This document shows positions 1 through 16,169 of a DNA stretch of 64,000 nt, piece after piece. The stretch is from the human T2T-CHM13v2.0 reference genome, Homo sapiens: the NCBI RefSeq assembly GCF_009914755.1, contig NC_060939.1; one strand, 5' to 3'. The position numbers and the translations under genes are program-made. Below the pieces are notes generated by a model. That model made no database searches, was not told the origin of the DNA, and saw only the letters and a program-made list of their open reading frames with translations. Within the stretch, counting starts at the first letter, position 1, and the number at the start of each line of letters is the position of its first letter.

Positions 1-124
1 GCTAACTTTTGTATTTTTAGTAGAGATGACATTTCGCCATGTTGGCCAGGCTGGTCTCAGGTGATCCTCCCACCTCGGCCTCCCAAAGTGCTGGGATTAC
101 AGGTATAAGCCACCGTGCCCAGCC
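1..124 (-). mobile_element. Alu (left arm, cut by window edge)
   Basis: Alu consensus ...cctcccaaagtgctgggattacagg. Confidence 0.9.
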
Positions 125-1122
125 TGTCTTCACCTTCTTGATGGCAGGGCCTATGCCTATTTACCTTTGACTCTCCAGTGACTAGGACGATGATATGCCT
201 TGAACATTGAACTGAGGAGGATGCCAGGGGTGCTTCTGGATTCAGTGTGGGGATGGGGGATGACAAGGGCAATTAAGGTTGATCTGCCACAGGAGAGGGA
301 AGAAGTAACACATGACCTACTTTTATCATTGCCAGTTTAGCACATAGTAGATGCTCAGTAAATATTTGTCAAACGAATTAGTGGACATTACTCAGTTACC
401 TAGCAGTTGACATTAACTTATAACCAATGTCTATTTTTTAAAGCATTTTTATTTTTATTTTTATTGCATCATAATATTCTTCTAATAACACTGTGATACA
501 GCTAGGATAAGGTGTTATCACCAATTGACAATTGAGAATACTGTGACATTGTAGGATTGGTAAAATAAGATTACCCTTCACTCTCATGAGAAAATGGGGG
601 TAGACCTAAGACTTAGAGGCCAACCATTAGTTTCCCTTAAATATCATATTGAGGCTCCCAGAGGGGCTGTCACTGCTTTTTCCAAAATCAGGGCAAACTG
701 CCCTTTCTCATATTCATCACTCTTTTCCCGTCTTTCTGCTCTACTGTAGTTCCCCACCCTCCAAAGCTTCAGTCTCATTTTCTCAGTAGAAAACCTGGCA
801 CTGACCACCTGCACTGACCTGCAGGCCATAGGCAGAAAAATCAAAGTCAACATGAGCTTTGCAAGACTCGGCATCTCTGTCAGATTGTCTTGGCCAAGTA
901 TTTCTGTAACTTCCCACAAGAACCTTGAATCTTCTGATTAGAATCAGACTCCATCTCTCAGTTGAACAATGTACAAACAGAAGGAAAAACATCTACTCCA
1001 TTAAGACACATGGTCACTGGTTTCACTTAGTCTGATGTAGTTTGGTCTGGTTAGGCAGAGGTGGGGCCTTCGCTGCTGTTTGCTGATTTCACCCTCACTT
1101 CTACGGCTCCTGTTTTAATCAG

Positions 1123-1293
1123 GTGTGGGCAACCGGCCTTAACCTCGCATATAGTGACCAGCTGGCCCTGACTCAACTCACCTTATACCTGACAAACGGC
1201 CATCTGGATTGCAGTTTGAGCACCCTGGAAGTGCCCCGCTTTGTTCCAAAGGAAAGGAAGAAAACCAAATGCATGAGTGCGCTGTCAATGCCG
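1123..1293 (+). CDS. IQCH: IQCH internal coding exon ([10 protein letters not shown]...CMSALSMP, 171 nt, phase 0/0)
   Basis: Acceptor ...ttttaatcag at 1122 and donor CCG|gtaagc at 1294. The peptide is recognised as IQCH and joins in frame to the exon at 11688. Confidence 0.93.
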
Positions 1294-2937
1294 GTAAGCA
1301 AGAGGTGCTTCCTGAAGGTTCTCGGTGTTCAGCAACACCCACTGCCACTGCCTGAGCTCTGTCTAGGAGCCAGGATCTTTGAGTACAGGAAGAAGAAAGA
1401 GCCTAAGGCAAGTCATTGGACCTGTCTGAGCAGGGTCTGGAAATGCGAATGTGTTGGTCAGAGGAAAGGGAGAAGCCATTCCCGAATGAACCTGCCATCT
1501 GTGGAAATGCGAAAGAGCATGGGGCTCTCCTCCCCTTTTTCTAGGCAGGTACACCTACACCCATTGCCTCAACTACAAGCTGTTTCACACAAAACCCATA
1601 TTTTTCTAGCCCCACTCTCTTTTGTGAGCTTCAGATTCATGGGTCCAAAATTCTATAGAACATCTCTGCTTCGAATCCTCAGAGTCAAGCTATCCAAAAC
1701 TGCATCACATTTGTCTTTCTTCCTCCTGTACTTCCTGTTAGTGGATCAGGCCAGAGGCTGATAAGATAACCCCCAGCCCCACATCCAGTCAGCAAGCAGG
1801 GCGTGTTGAGTCTAGCTACGAAAATGCCACTAACCTGACCCCTCCTCTCTCTCCACAAAGATAGTGTCTTAGTGTCGGCTTCCGCCATCTCACACCTGTA
1901 TTCCTCCTAAGATTCCCTGTCCCTGCCTGTGCCCTCAGCCTAAACAGACACGGCAGCCAAGGTGGCAAGGTGAAAAGCCAGTCTGAGCATGTTGTTCCCC
2001 TGTGTGTGATTTTGAATGGACTCCTGTGATCTTCAGGAAAATCCCATTTCCCAGCTTGGTTAAGGAGCCCCATCATGTTCCACCTCTTCCCACAGCTGCC
2101 GCCTCCTCCCTTCTTATTGCTAGCTCCATCAGTGAGGGGGCTGGGGCCAGAGTCCTGGGGCTGGCTGCGGGTTACCAACCTCAGCACCCTGAGTAACAAA
2201 GGGCATAGCCCCATGGGGACAGTGGGTGCTTGATTGAGTAGGCTAGGTTGGTCATGGAGAGAGAGAACAAAGGCCAAGGGGACCAGATGCCCTTTGTGCA
2301 AGAGTGTATTGGGGACTCTCTGGCCACGGTGCTCTCACAGCTGCCAGAGGGTTTCTTTGGCCTTTCCTTACAACAGTGGGCTTCATACTTTTTTGCAAAT
2401 GAAGCTCTACTTGAAATCCAAATATATCAAACAGATAAAAGAGGAACTCTAGTGATTAATGGGACCCAACATGAGTGTCCCAGAGATACCTTTTCCAAGC
2501 GGTCTCCTGCCTCTCTGTGAACCCCTTTGGGTCCAGTCTGGATTTGAATAACCTTTGACTCTTCCCAGGATCTCTGCAGTCACCATAAGGAGGGCACCTG
2601 ATGTCTTGGGGGGCTCAGGCAGCTTTTTCCTTTCCCTCTTCTTCATCCAGTTGCCCAATCAGGTACCAGGAAGAACCTTGCTCACAAGAATCCCCTTGAT
2701 CTCTTTCCTTAGTAAGAAGAGAAGCAGAGTTGAGCTGGAGAGGAGAAACAGACCTCTTTTAATTATGACCCAGGACCTTGCTAAGAGGCTTTCAGGTCCA
2801 TCTCCACCTGTGGCCTCCATCCTCACCAAAGAGACCTGAGAGACCCTATGTTCAGTGCTAGAGGGAGAAACAGCAGTGACACTTGAGCCCTTCTGGCCAG
2901 TGAACCTAAGTCTATGCCATTTCTGCAAGAAGCTGGG

Positions 2938-3240
2938 GGTCAGGTGTGGTGGCTCACGCCTGTAATCCCAGCACTTTGGGAGGCCGAGGCGGGCAGATCA
3001 TTTGAGCCTAGGAGTTCTAGACCAGCCTAGGCAACATGGCAAAACCCTGTCTCTACAAAAATACAAAAATTAGCCGGGCATGGTGGTGCATGCCTATAAT
3101 CCTAGCTACTGGGAAGGCTGAGGCAGGAGGATCACTTGAGCCCTGGAGGTCGAGGCTGCAGTGAGTCATGATCGCGCCATTGTACTCCAGCCTAGTTGAC
3201 AGAGTGAGACTCTGTCTCAAAAAATAAAAATAAAAATAAA
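2938..3240 (+). mobile_element. Alu (AluJ-like)
   Basis: Dimer with A tail and aagctgg flanks. Confidence 0.9.
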
Positions 3241-6161
3241 GCTGGAAGCAGAGTGGTATTCAGCACAAGACTTCCAAAGACAATTGCAGCTTTGAAGTAT
3301 GTTGCTTCAGAAGGCTATCAGCAGAAGTTGTGCTTTGAGTGAGAAGCACTCTTCCATTTTCCCCATGTTGCCTATAGGTTTCATTCCTAGCTATAGGCAA
3401 CATTCTCCTGTGATCAAGTCTTAAACATTTTTAGGAAGTGCATGCACACAAAAGGGAGGCATTATGATCTTCAATAAGGCCAATACCTCTTAAATCACTA
3501 GAGAAAAGCTATGCAGGTTTTCTGGTGTAGGAATAAATTGAAAGGGCTTTTCATTTTAGAAAGATACAGATGTTCCCACCCTTGTGCCACTATGCTTGGG
3601 TTGTGCACACACCCTCCTGTGCATGTGTACACATATGATCAGCGATTTTTTTAAAAAGAAGCATGTGCACATGCACACGCGGTACAACTCACAAGCAAAT
3701 CGAAGCTTCCTGAACAAGTGTGAACAGACTATGATGCCGTCAAGTTTATGATCAGGCAGTTGACAGCCCCCTTTGAAGACTGAAGGAGAAGAAAATGCAC
3801 AGATGAAACCACAATGATAATGAGAGCGCATTCAAAACTAATGCCTATAAAATGCTTCCAGTGTGGGCCCTTTTCTTTAATAATATGCTATATAGAAGGA
3901 AAGCAAACACCTTCCTGGGCTCTCAGAAGAGCTGTTGTCTCATCTCAGAAACAGGTGGGAGAACTGTCACTCAGACCCATTTAGACCAGGTGAATGGGTT
4001 TCTGATTCACTGACCTCCACAAAGAACCACTTGAAGGTGTAAACAAGGCCTGATAAATCCCAGACGTGCGTGTTTTAGAAATGAAAAGGAATCGCCTAAC
4101 AGTGTTTTAACTTTCAATTAATGTTCTGTCCAAACCGGCATCAATCATTACCCTTTTCTGTCAGTTTTTCACTCTTCCTCGCTCTTTCTGGACCCTCCAT
4201 ACCATGGTTGGTGAGTGTCCAAAAGGGAACATCTTTGCAAACATCTTAACACAACCCAAGTCATTTATACACATTTTAGCAGCACATGATCTGTAATGAA
4301 TGATTAAGTAAAACCTTTTGTGTTAAATTATGATGTTAATAATGATTCTGTCTCCTGTAATTTATTATAAATTCTCAAATGCTTCGGGTTTGATTTTGAT
4401 AGAATGCAACAACAGCAGAGTTTATGTGATGACTTTATTTTTAGAACTCCTTCTTTGAAGGCACATATTTCCCTGCTACTGCTGCTACTGTAATTATGTA
4501 CAAAACCAATCACTCATTAGAGTTAGGATACATTATCTTCTAGACAGATGAGGCTAAATAAGCAACACATTAATAATTCAGAGAGCAGTTCATTATGCAT
4601 GTGGATGCCTGCTTCGTAACTGAAATAAGAACCTCATCAGCCTCTGCCAACCCTTAAACAATAGTTCTGTGTTATTGCAGCCACATTCAAGTTTACGCTT
4701 GTTAAACTGCTACTTGGATTATTTTATCAAACATTCATTTATTTGTGGTCCCTTACTGCCGAGAACAGATTTTGGAAGCTCCTTTTTTAAGTTAATGATT
4801 TGAGCAATGGGTGTTATTAATTCTCAGAATATTATAAACATGATTAATTTTCAGGCAGAGATTTATTACATAAGGATTTCAACTATGTCAACTGAAATGC
4901 ATCACTGTCAAAACAAGTATCATGGCGAAAATACAATATGTTCCACACTTCAAGTGCTGGAGCTCAGAACTAAATCAATTTAAATTGTGGCTGAAGCAAA
5001 ATTATATTATCCAGTGAAAAGGAGTATTTTGAGCTTCCTTTATTTAGCTTGAAGCATTCTTGTTAAATTGTGATTTAGAAAGGTAGTTTAATAAGACTAG
5101 ACTTCTACCAAGAATATTTTGTCTTTTTTTTTTCTCCTGTTTTACTAGAAAAGGCTAACCTCTGAAATTCCCACCTATTCCAAATGTGGTCACTGGACAT
5201 TTGGAGTGAAGAGTACTGGTCTGGGAGTTAGGGATCATGAGTTCTGATCTTCTCTTCTGGCCTCAGTTTCCTCATTTCTAAAATAAAGGAGGGCTACATG
5301 ATCCCCAGGGTCACTTGGGGGATTTGATCTTACGGGGCCTACAGAAAGGGACTCTGCACCAAGCCTGGCCCAGGCAGCCTCATGTGTTGCGGATGGCTGA
5401 AGGAAGGGACATCTCCTGTACGGGGACACAGGAAGGGCCCATCCCTCTATACTACAGCCTTCGCTTAAAAGGTCTTTTTCTTGCAGGATCTTTTAGAAAG
5501 GAGTAATATTGTGACAGGTCATATCCTAAGTTCTCATCAGCCTTTACCTTAACCATCAGTTACTACTTTCAGCAAGAATCAACTAGAAGTAAATTCTGCA
5601 GATACTTACCCAATGCCTATTTTGTGCCAGGCACTCTACTAAGCACAGAGGATATAAGGGTGAGTAGCAAAGCCCTCCAGTTTACCAAAGGACACAGAGC
5701 CTTTACTCCACCCCGAGTACTTTACTAAGTGCTTTCCATGAATCTTTTTGCAGTCCAATATATTAGGCAGGTGCTGTTATTATGCCCATTTTTAGATAGG
5801 AAGACAAGGTTAAGAGATGTTAAGCAATTTGTTAAAGGTCAGTAGGCAAGCAAGTAGGGAAGCCAAGATTTAACCTCGGCCTGTGTTTAACTGTGACACA
5901 TTCCAACCTGCCTTGCATCAGCTGAGAATCAGTGATCCAGCCCCAGAGTGGAGCTTGTGCTCATCCCTAAAGAAGTCCCTTGTTGAGGCCATAGAGAAAG
6001 CTCTTCTTTGAAAAGAGGATGTACTTCCCTGTGTGACGAGGTTGTCTCCAGGAATATTGCCATTATCCATTGGCTTCTCGTCTGCTCTGAGCTCAGCCTC
6101 AGCTTCTGAGTCTCACACAGAAGCACTAAATGGACCGGATGTTCATAGAGGAGTCTTAGGG

Positions 6162-6474
6162 TTTTTTTGTTTGTTTGTTTGTTTTGAGACGGAGTCTCGC
6201 TCTGTCGCCCAGGCTGGAGTGCAGTGGCACGATCTTGGCTCACTGCAAGCTCCGCCTCACAGGTTCACGCCCAGGTTCATACTCCTGCCTCAGCCTCCCG
6301 AGTAGCTGGGACTACAGGCGCCCGCGATCATGCCTGGCTAATTTTTTTGTATTTTTAGTAGAGACGGGGTTTCACCATGTTGACCAGGATGGTCTCGATC
6401 TCCTGACCTCATGATCCGCCCCCATCAGCCTCCCAAAGTGCTGGGATTACAGGCGTGAGCCACTGCGCCTGGCT
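6162..6474 (-). mobile_element. Alu (AluY/Sc-like)
   Basis: TSD ggagtcttag. Confidence 0.9.
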
Positions 6475-6699
6475 GGAGTCTTAGATTTTAAAAAGAACAT
6501 GTAACTGGACATGGTTTCCTATACATAGCACAGATTTCCAAGCAAATAACACGGCATGGAAAAGAGCATGTCACTTATACTATGAACCATCTAGAAAAGC
6601 TTGACTATGTTTTTTAAAAAATAAACAGTTCACACACTAAAAATATGCATGAAATATACATCTTCAACTCTTGTCTTCAAAATCAAGTTTAATGGGGTT

Positions 6700-7330
6700 C
6701 TCATTTAATTCTTTGAAATACATAATATATTCACATGGTTCAAAAGGCAAAAGGTGGAAACAGTCACACATGGACAAACCTCCTTTCCATTGATCAGTTC
6801 CCACCTCATCCTACAAAGGTAACCACCATTCTGTGTCTATATATCCTTTCAGAGCATCTTTTTACATATACAAGTAAATACACATACAGGTGATCCTTTT
6901 CCCCCTTTTATACCCAAAATGTAGCCTATAATACATATTGTTCTGAATCTCACTTTTTTCTTTGGAGAGCTTTCTCTAACACTTCATTAAAAATGTTCTC
7001 ATTTCTTTTTTTTCAGATTCAGACACCTGAGCAGTATCATTTCTTTTTTACAGCAACATGTTATTTCATTGCATGGATGTGCCATAATTTATGTACCCTT
7101 CCCCCATCGGTAGATTTTTGGGTTGTTTTCAGTTTTTTCATATTACAGTGCTGCAATGAATAACTTTGTGTATATATCATTTGGCACATTTAAGGTATAT
7201 CTTAGAATACATACCATAAAGTGGAATTTTGGCTCAAAGGACATAACCATAAAAATTAAAATTTTTAATTTCAATAGATATTTCCAAATCATTCTTTTTT
7301 GATCCTTATCAAACCTACATAAATTGTACA
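6700..7330 (-). mobile_element. Old L1M 3' fragment
   Basis: Degenerate L1 3'-end motifs (ttgttttcagttttt...gctgcaatgaataac). Confidence 0.6.
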
Positions 7331-10057
7331 GCATCAGAAGAGACTAGTTTTTACAAGTCAACCTTTTAATAGAAAATAATGTTTTCTATTTGTATAATGC
7401 TTTATACTTTAACTATACATGAGCTTATTTGATCCCCATGATAACCCCAAGAAATCGATGTTAAGGATTATTATATACATTTTACAGAATAGGAAACTGA
7501 GGCTAAGCAAAGTTAAGTGAGCTGCCCAAGTCATAAAGGTGGTACATAGCAAAGCCCAGGTCTTCTGATTCAAGTCACCTTCTGATGAAAAGGTTTATTG
7601 GTTAGTTGGTCAGTTTTAATTTGAAATAATTGACCTTATCTTTGAAACTATTTAGTTTAATACGTGAAAATAATTGCTAACATTTATTGAGAGCTTACTG
7701 TGTGCCAGACACTATTCCAAGGTCTTTACATTCTCATCTAATCCTCCTCTCAATACTCCTATGCTATTCACTTGTGCTATCAGGCTGGACATAAGACAAT
7801 CCTAGGTGATTGATAGTTTCTTCCTGTAGAAACTGTGCAGTTGGCTAGGTCTTCTAAAAAGTAGTTGTATCTTGTAAGTATTATTCTAATGCATTTATTT
7901 AGCACTTAATATGTGCCAGGACTTTCACCAAGCATCAGGAGACAAAGATAATTGACAAAGTCCCTATCCTTGAGGAGCTGAAAAGAAAGGCCATAGAGAG
8001 AGAGAGATGTTGCTATTAAAATAGATAACATACACATGGATAAATGCCATTTGAGTGACAGACCCTCAGCTTGCTGCCAGAGTTCTCAGGGGAAATGACC
8101 ATGGACTGACAGGGACAGGGAACACTTTAATGAAAACACAGAACTTTATCCTGCCTTAAAGACTAGAACAGTCACTAACTGGCGAGGAGGGGAGGACGTC
8201 CCCTAGCAGATGGGACAGAGTCCAAAGAAACCTGTGGTCTGCTAGGAAAAGGCAGTGAACCAGTCAGACTGGAGCACAGAACTGGGGAAGTGGGAAGCAG
8301 GAGAAGTAGTTGGAAGGGTGCACTGAGCAAGTTTGGGGAGGTCTACCCACCACACCAGGGTCTAGATTTCACCGTGAAGGCAAAAAGGCCTGAATATTTC
8401 TGAATAGGAGGATGACACAGACCAACCTGTGTTAGGGGGAAATGATTAATCCGGTGATACTGTTCAGAATCCCAGGAGATGGGGGAAGAGTAGGGGAAAA
8501 AACAGCCTGGGAAGTTACATTTATTGTAGATCCAAAATCCTTTCAAAGGAATGACAACAAAAATAGTAGCTACCATTTATCAGGTTCCAGGCACTGCAGT
8601 AGGTGCTTATTTAATCATCAGAAGACAGAATTTCAATGATCTGTTCAAGATCACATACACAGTAAGTGGCCTTGTCAGGTTCTGAACTTCTTTCTCACTC
8701 CATATAACCTTTCTACTGCAGAATTCTGCTTGTATCCTCACCTCTGACTCTCCAGGCAATAAAGGTCTGGACTAGGATGGTGATGGTTATGGAAAAGAAG
8801 GTTGGGAGACATGTACCAAATATCCTGGCTCTTCCTTCAGATTCTTTATGCATCACAAACCCCAGTCTGGGAGGAAGGGGAGTTGCACTCTGCATCTGTA
8901 GTGAAGAAGAAACCTCAGGGTAGCCTGCCCTTACATGTTGTCTAGTAATCATGTACTACTGGACAGTAAGCTCTTCTGCTGTGCTTTGGAGCCAAGATAC
9001 ATAGTATTGCTAGATTGTGCTACCACATGCCTGCCTGCCTACCTCTCTTGCTGGCTGGGGTCTGGTCTTGGTTTTTCTTGTTTATATACTATGGCAGCAT
9101 CAGACAAGTTTAGAAGACAAAAATAACCTTGGAATTATCTTGTGAATTCATGGCAATTACCATGCAATTACATGCTCAGTAACCACAATGGAATTTGAGA
9201 GTGTTTACAGTTCACTTCCATGTGCAAAAGCCCATGCTTCTGGGCTTTTCAGTGTGAAGGTGAGAGCATGGCCAGCCCAGTATGGCAGGGCGAGCAGGCC
9301 TTGTGGCCATGCCCTTCCAGACAGACTAGCTAGCTGGGCCAGAACTTCTCCAAGCCAGTTCTTTTTACCCCACCAATTATTCCTGCTTAGTCCACCAGAG
9401 CCATGCTGTCCTCCAGCAGGCAAGGCCCGGAGCAACTGCCCTGAGTTGTCCTTCTCTAAGGATGGTGTGACTGTCCCCTGTGCCATGTAATAATCACCTG
9501 CTTTTGCTCCAAAGCATTTATCAATGGGCAGTGTCTTTCTTAAATTACATACTTTGAAGAGTCTCTTAAGTCAGAGGGAAGAGCTATCCACCTAATCTAT
9601 TTCATGTATTCATTCTCTTTTATTTAATAAACACCAAGTGCCTGTTCTGTGCTGGTATCATGCCCAAACTGGAGATTCAGAAACCAAACAGGGCCTGCCC
9701 TCAGAAAACTCCCAGTCATGGAGGGCAGATGACCAAGGGAACAACTCATGATAGGTCAGGGTGACAGAGTACAGTAGTGAGGCATATGAGGATCAAATCA
9801 ATTTTCTGTTGTTAGAAAAATCCCAATGGCTACAAATGGGACGCTACAAGTGGGGTAAACAACTCAAGATGTATTAGCCTGTGGGGGCCTAACTCGTCTG
9901 TAGATGTGGACTCCACTTGCATTTAGGATGAGCAGCCTTAACTGGTGGCACTGATGATGTGACCTTCGGACACAGGACTTGATGTAAATGTTGAAGAAAA
10001 ACATGCTCCCCCCATCACGTGTGAGGGGAGCATGTCACCAAAAGTGCCACGAAATCT

Positions 10058-10060
<3 letters not shown>

Positions 10061-10096
<36 letters not shown>
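10061..10096. repeat. (TG)18 microsatellite
   Basis: Direct reading. Confidence 0.97.
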
Positions 10097-10097
<1 letters not shown>

Positions 10098-10739
10098 AGA
10101 GGGAGAGAGGGATGCAGGAGAGGAAAGGAGGTCTATTCTCTGCAGAGCACTCAGTCAGCCCCAGTTCCCTTGCGTTATCTCAGAGACAGGAGGCGAGCCA
10201 GAGGCCTGATTATAATGCATGTCAGGTCACTACGATTCCTTACGGCCAGCTCCAGACCAGCAGCACCTCCTTTGCCTACTCCTTTTCCAGGTCACTGCAT
10301 AAGTCTGGGTACCTAGTTGCCCAGCACCTGTGCGTCACCACAGTTCAAGAGCCAAGCCAGGCACCTTTATCTTCTATGCCCTAAGGTTGGCCATGGCCCT
10401 ATATGCAGTTCTCCAAATTTCCAGCTATCTAGAGAAAAACAGCTGATTGACTAAGGCAAATATCACATCTCAAAAAGAACATGCTATAAAACTGCCAGGA
10501 TCCAGTTCTTTATCTGGTACATATTAAATTTTAAATGTTTTCAGGAAATACATAATGACAGCACTTTGGGCCTACTATCACCAATCTCTTTGGCATGGCT
10601 TTCACTGATAGACAAGCAAGATAAAGAAGAGCCGTTTCCCCAAAGAAAGCAGCATCAAATTTCTAATGTTGGCCACCTCAAGGAGGTGGTCCATGCCCAG
10701 TGACTTGCTGCCAAAGGTTAAAGTATGGGAAGAGTGGGA

Positions 10740-11813
<1,074 letters not shown>

Positions 11814-12161
11814 TGAAGGGTTACAGTTGGCCAGGGGCGGCCAAAGACATGCCTGTGGGTGATCTAGGTAGCTAATAATTTGGTGCCCCTTCAGATAGAT
11901 ATTCTTTAAATACCGGTTTGACGTGTCTGTAGAGGAAGGCTGATTGCTGCTTGGGGAAGAGCAGATACGCAACTCCACAGAAAGTAGCACATAGTCCTGG
12001 AAAGTTCTACTTCGTCTCCAATCTTACACACCCACTTTGCTAAAGCAGAAGCCATGCAAGCTCTCCAGACTTAGGAGGCATTTTGGGGACCACCTCATGA
12101 TCCTGAAGCAGGCCCTGAGCTTCCTGATCCCACCCAAAGCTGCTTATCAATGAATAGCTTC

Positions 12162-12509
12162 TGTCTTAGTCTGCTGGGGCTGCCATAACAATATAGCACA
12201 AGCTAAATGGCTTGAGCCACAGAAGCGTATTTTCTCACTGTCTGGCAGCTGGTACATCCAAGGACAAGGCACTAGCAGATTTGGTTCCTGGTGAGGGCCT
12301 GCTTCCTGGCTTGTAAATGGCTGCCTCCTTGCGGTGTCCTCACATATGGAAGGAGAGAGAGAGAGATCTCTGTTGTCTCTTTTACAAGGTACCAGTTCCG
12401 TCAATCAAAGCATCACACCTACAGCCTCATTTAACCTTAATCACTTCCTTAGAGGCCCTAGCTCCAATACAGTCACTTGGAAGGTCAGGACACAATTCAG
12501 TCCATAGCA
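12162..12509. mobile_element. MaLR solo LTR (MLT1A-like)
   Basis: tgtcttagtctgct...gctgccataaca start and acacaattcagtccatagca end. Confidence 0.8.
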
Positions 12510-12939
12510 TCCTCCTACTGATATTTGATAATTTATTTCTGAAGGGAGTTCTGATAAAAACCATTTTCTCTACTTTTGGTCTATTTCCAATGATACCGGG
12601 GGCCCCTGCATAGCTGCTTTATCCTGATGTAGCTGACTAGAGGCAAGTGCAATGCAACGTCTCCTGCCAAAAATAGAACCTCTGTTTTATGCCTAGAGAC
12701 TCATGTTACTCCAGAAAAATAGTTTCATGTTTTTCTACTTTGATTCAGATTTTCAAGTCTCTCACACGCAGGGCCATTCTAAGACCCTGAGTAACCCTGT
12801 ACACTCTTACTTATGGAAGACCCACTTTACAGCACCTCAAACATCTTAAAATATATTCATCTCCCACATTAAATATAAGGTATATATAATGACATAAGAA
12901 TTGAGTAGTAACCAGTTGATCAGATGTTTTGATTTGTAG

Positions 12940-13336
<397 letters not shown>

Positions 13337-14043
13337 CCAAATTTTATACGTTCTTAAAAAGCATGCAGACCTTCAGCACGAGGCCAAATGAATAGAATGG
13401 TCTGGCTGACACTTGGCAATCCCCAGCAGGCTGCCAGGCACTGTCAGGGCACATGAGACTCTTTGGTTAGATGAATTCGTGCTGTTTGCAGACACATAAA
13501 GTGGAGCTTGGATCCCCTTGCAAATTACATTAAAATTGATAAAGAGAGAATGAAGAAGCCAGATTGAACTGATTTACCTGAAATTAATTGTTGCATCTGC
13601 TACACACAATCCCTTTGGAATTAAATAGATTTTAACCCCAAACTGATGAGATAAAACACTTCCACATTCCAGAAAGTGGCTAAATCTAACTCTAGGTTTA
13701 TCTGAATTTATTTATTTTATTTTATTCTAAAATATCAAAGTAGAACAACTCTGTAAAAAGGCATATTTGGCAGGGACAGTCTCCTGCCCTTCCCCCCACA
13801 CAAAAGTGCTTCATTACTTTCTATTGCCTGAAATTATTATTAGAGATTTATTTCTTGGGCTTAAGACTTTGTATTTGACTGAAGTTCAAGTACCCTTGGG
13901 GTAAGTAAAGCACCAAACTTTATAAGTTATTTACTCCTTTGTCTCTGAGTTGATCGGCTCTATTTCCAAGAGCAGATTTTATAGGGGAAACAGATGGCTA
14001 ACGCCGAGGGAAGCAGGTGGATGGCGCAGAGGAGAAGGTTCTA

Positions 14044-14381
<338 letters not shown>

Positions 14382-14633
14382 GAAAAGGCAGACAGAGGGG
14401 CACCGAAGACACTTCCAGCAGAGTTCCATAGACTCACCTCCAGGCCATCCATGCACAACTTAAAAAAAGATGAAAGATAAAATGAGAGAGAAGAAGAAAT
14501 ATAGATTGGGGCAACAGATGATGAAACAATGCAAAGAAGAAAAAGAGAAGAGAAGAGAGAGGAGAAAATCCAGAGACTGAGAGAATCCACTAAAAGAGGA
14601 GGAGGGGATAATCAGAAAGAAAAGGAACAGATA

Positions 14634-14990
<357 letters not shown>

Positions 14991-16169
14991 TCACAAAAAT
15001 TCTCCAGCAGTATCCTTGCTTTATTTTTCCTGAGATGAGTTTTCATCTTTTCAGACCCTGGTGTCCATCCCTGGTCAGGACTCTTCACTTGCTGTCTTAA
15101 TTGCCTTTTCTTGGATGGGAGGTTGGTAAGTGGTGAACCAGCATTTATGGAGTGCCTACTGCGTACTGGCCTCTGAGCTGAGCACTTTACTTCATTATCT
15201 CATTTATTCTTCATGCCTGTCCTATAAGAAGGTGTTATTTCTACCATATTACAGTGAGGACTTTAGGCTTAAAGATTTTAAGCATTTTCCCAGGGTCATA
15301 CAGCCAGGAATTTTGTGGAACTGACATTTGAACCCGTAATTGTCTACAAAGTCAAGCATGATTCTTCGTCTTACACAAGGTGTCCCCTATATAAGCCCTT
15401 TTCCCCCTAAGGACTGTTTCCCACCAACTGTCTCTATTTCTAAAATATTACCAACCCAGTCAAGAAGAATTCTGGAATCCATTTCCAATATATCCCCTCT
15501 AGGTACCTCTTATGTATTCTTCAGCTGGAGAAACACAGACTTCTTTTCATAGCCCCTATGACTATCTCTACATTAAAAAGGAGAAAAAAAAGTTTAACAA
15601 TTAATTTCCCTAAAATTTTATTGCCTGTTTGGGTTATGCTGAGTCTAAAAACAAGATCATTTACCTAAATTCCAGAGTAACCTGCTCCCACTCTTGGTTG
15701 AATTTAACATGGGTGCTCGTTCCAGAAAAAGAAAGCAACATTAATAACACATCATTGTCAGTGCTACCAAAAGAAGAATCCTCAAAAGTCCTTATTCTCA
15801 GCACTGTTTTCCCATTATGATCACAGACTTTTCAAATGATGTTCTTGTCCAAAGTCCCAGGGGGAAAAAAGGGAAATGAGATCACTCTATGAGTTTATTT
15901 TTCCTTGACACATATGGGAAGGGAGCATTGCTGAGTTTGTAAGCAACTTGGTGGGTCTCATTCCGGGTATTTCTCTAATGCTACAGAATACCCCCACTGA
16001 CTTCCTAATGAAATGAAGTTGTAATGAAAGCCATATGGAGAAAGGCGTCATGTTTACTGCCTGCACCAGTGTGGGGCAGGGCTAGTGTCACACATACATA
16101 GGCAATGTGCCACCATCCTAAATAGCTCCACAGTCACCAGCAATCATTTCCTCTGGCCAGGGTATTGCC

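Noticed and set aside
1123-1761. 212-aa ORF
   Set aside because: Only 1123-1293 is exon; the rest is intron read-through beyond the gtaagc donor.
3603-3680. Palindromes gcatgtgcacatgc and atgtgtacacat
   Set aside because: Expected by chance in a low-complexity alternating purine-pyrimidine tract.
6260-6279. caggttca micro-duplication in an Alu
   Set aside because: A trivial 8-bp local duplication with no functional implication.
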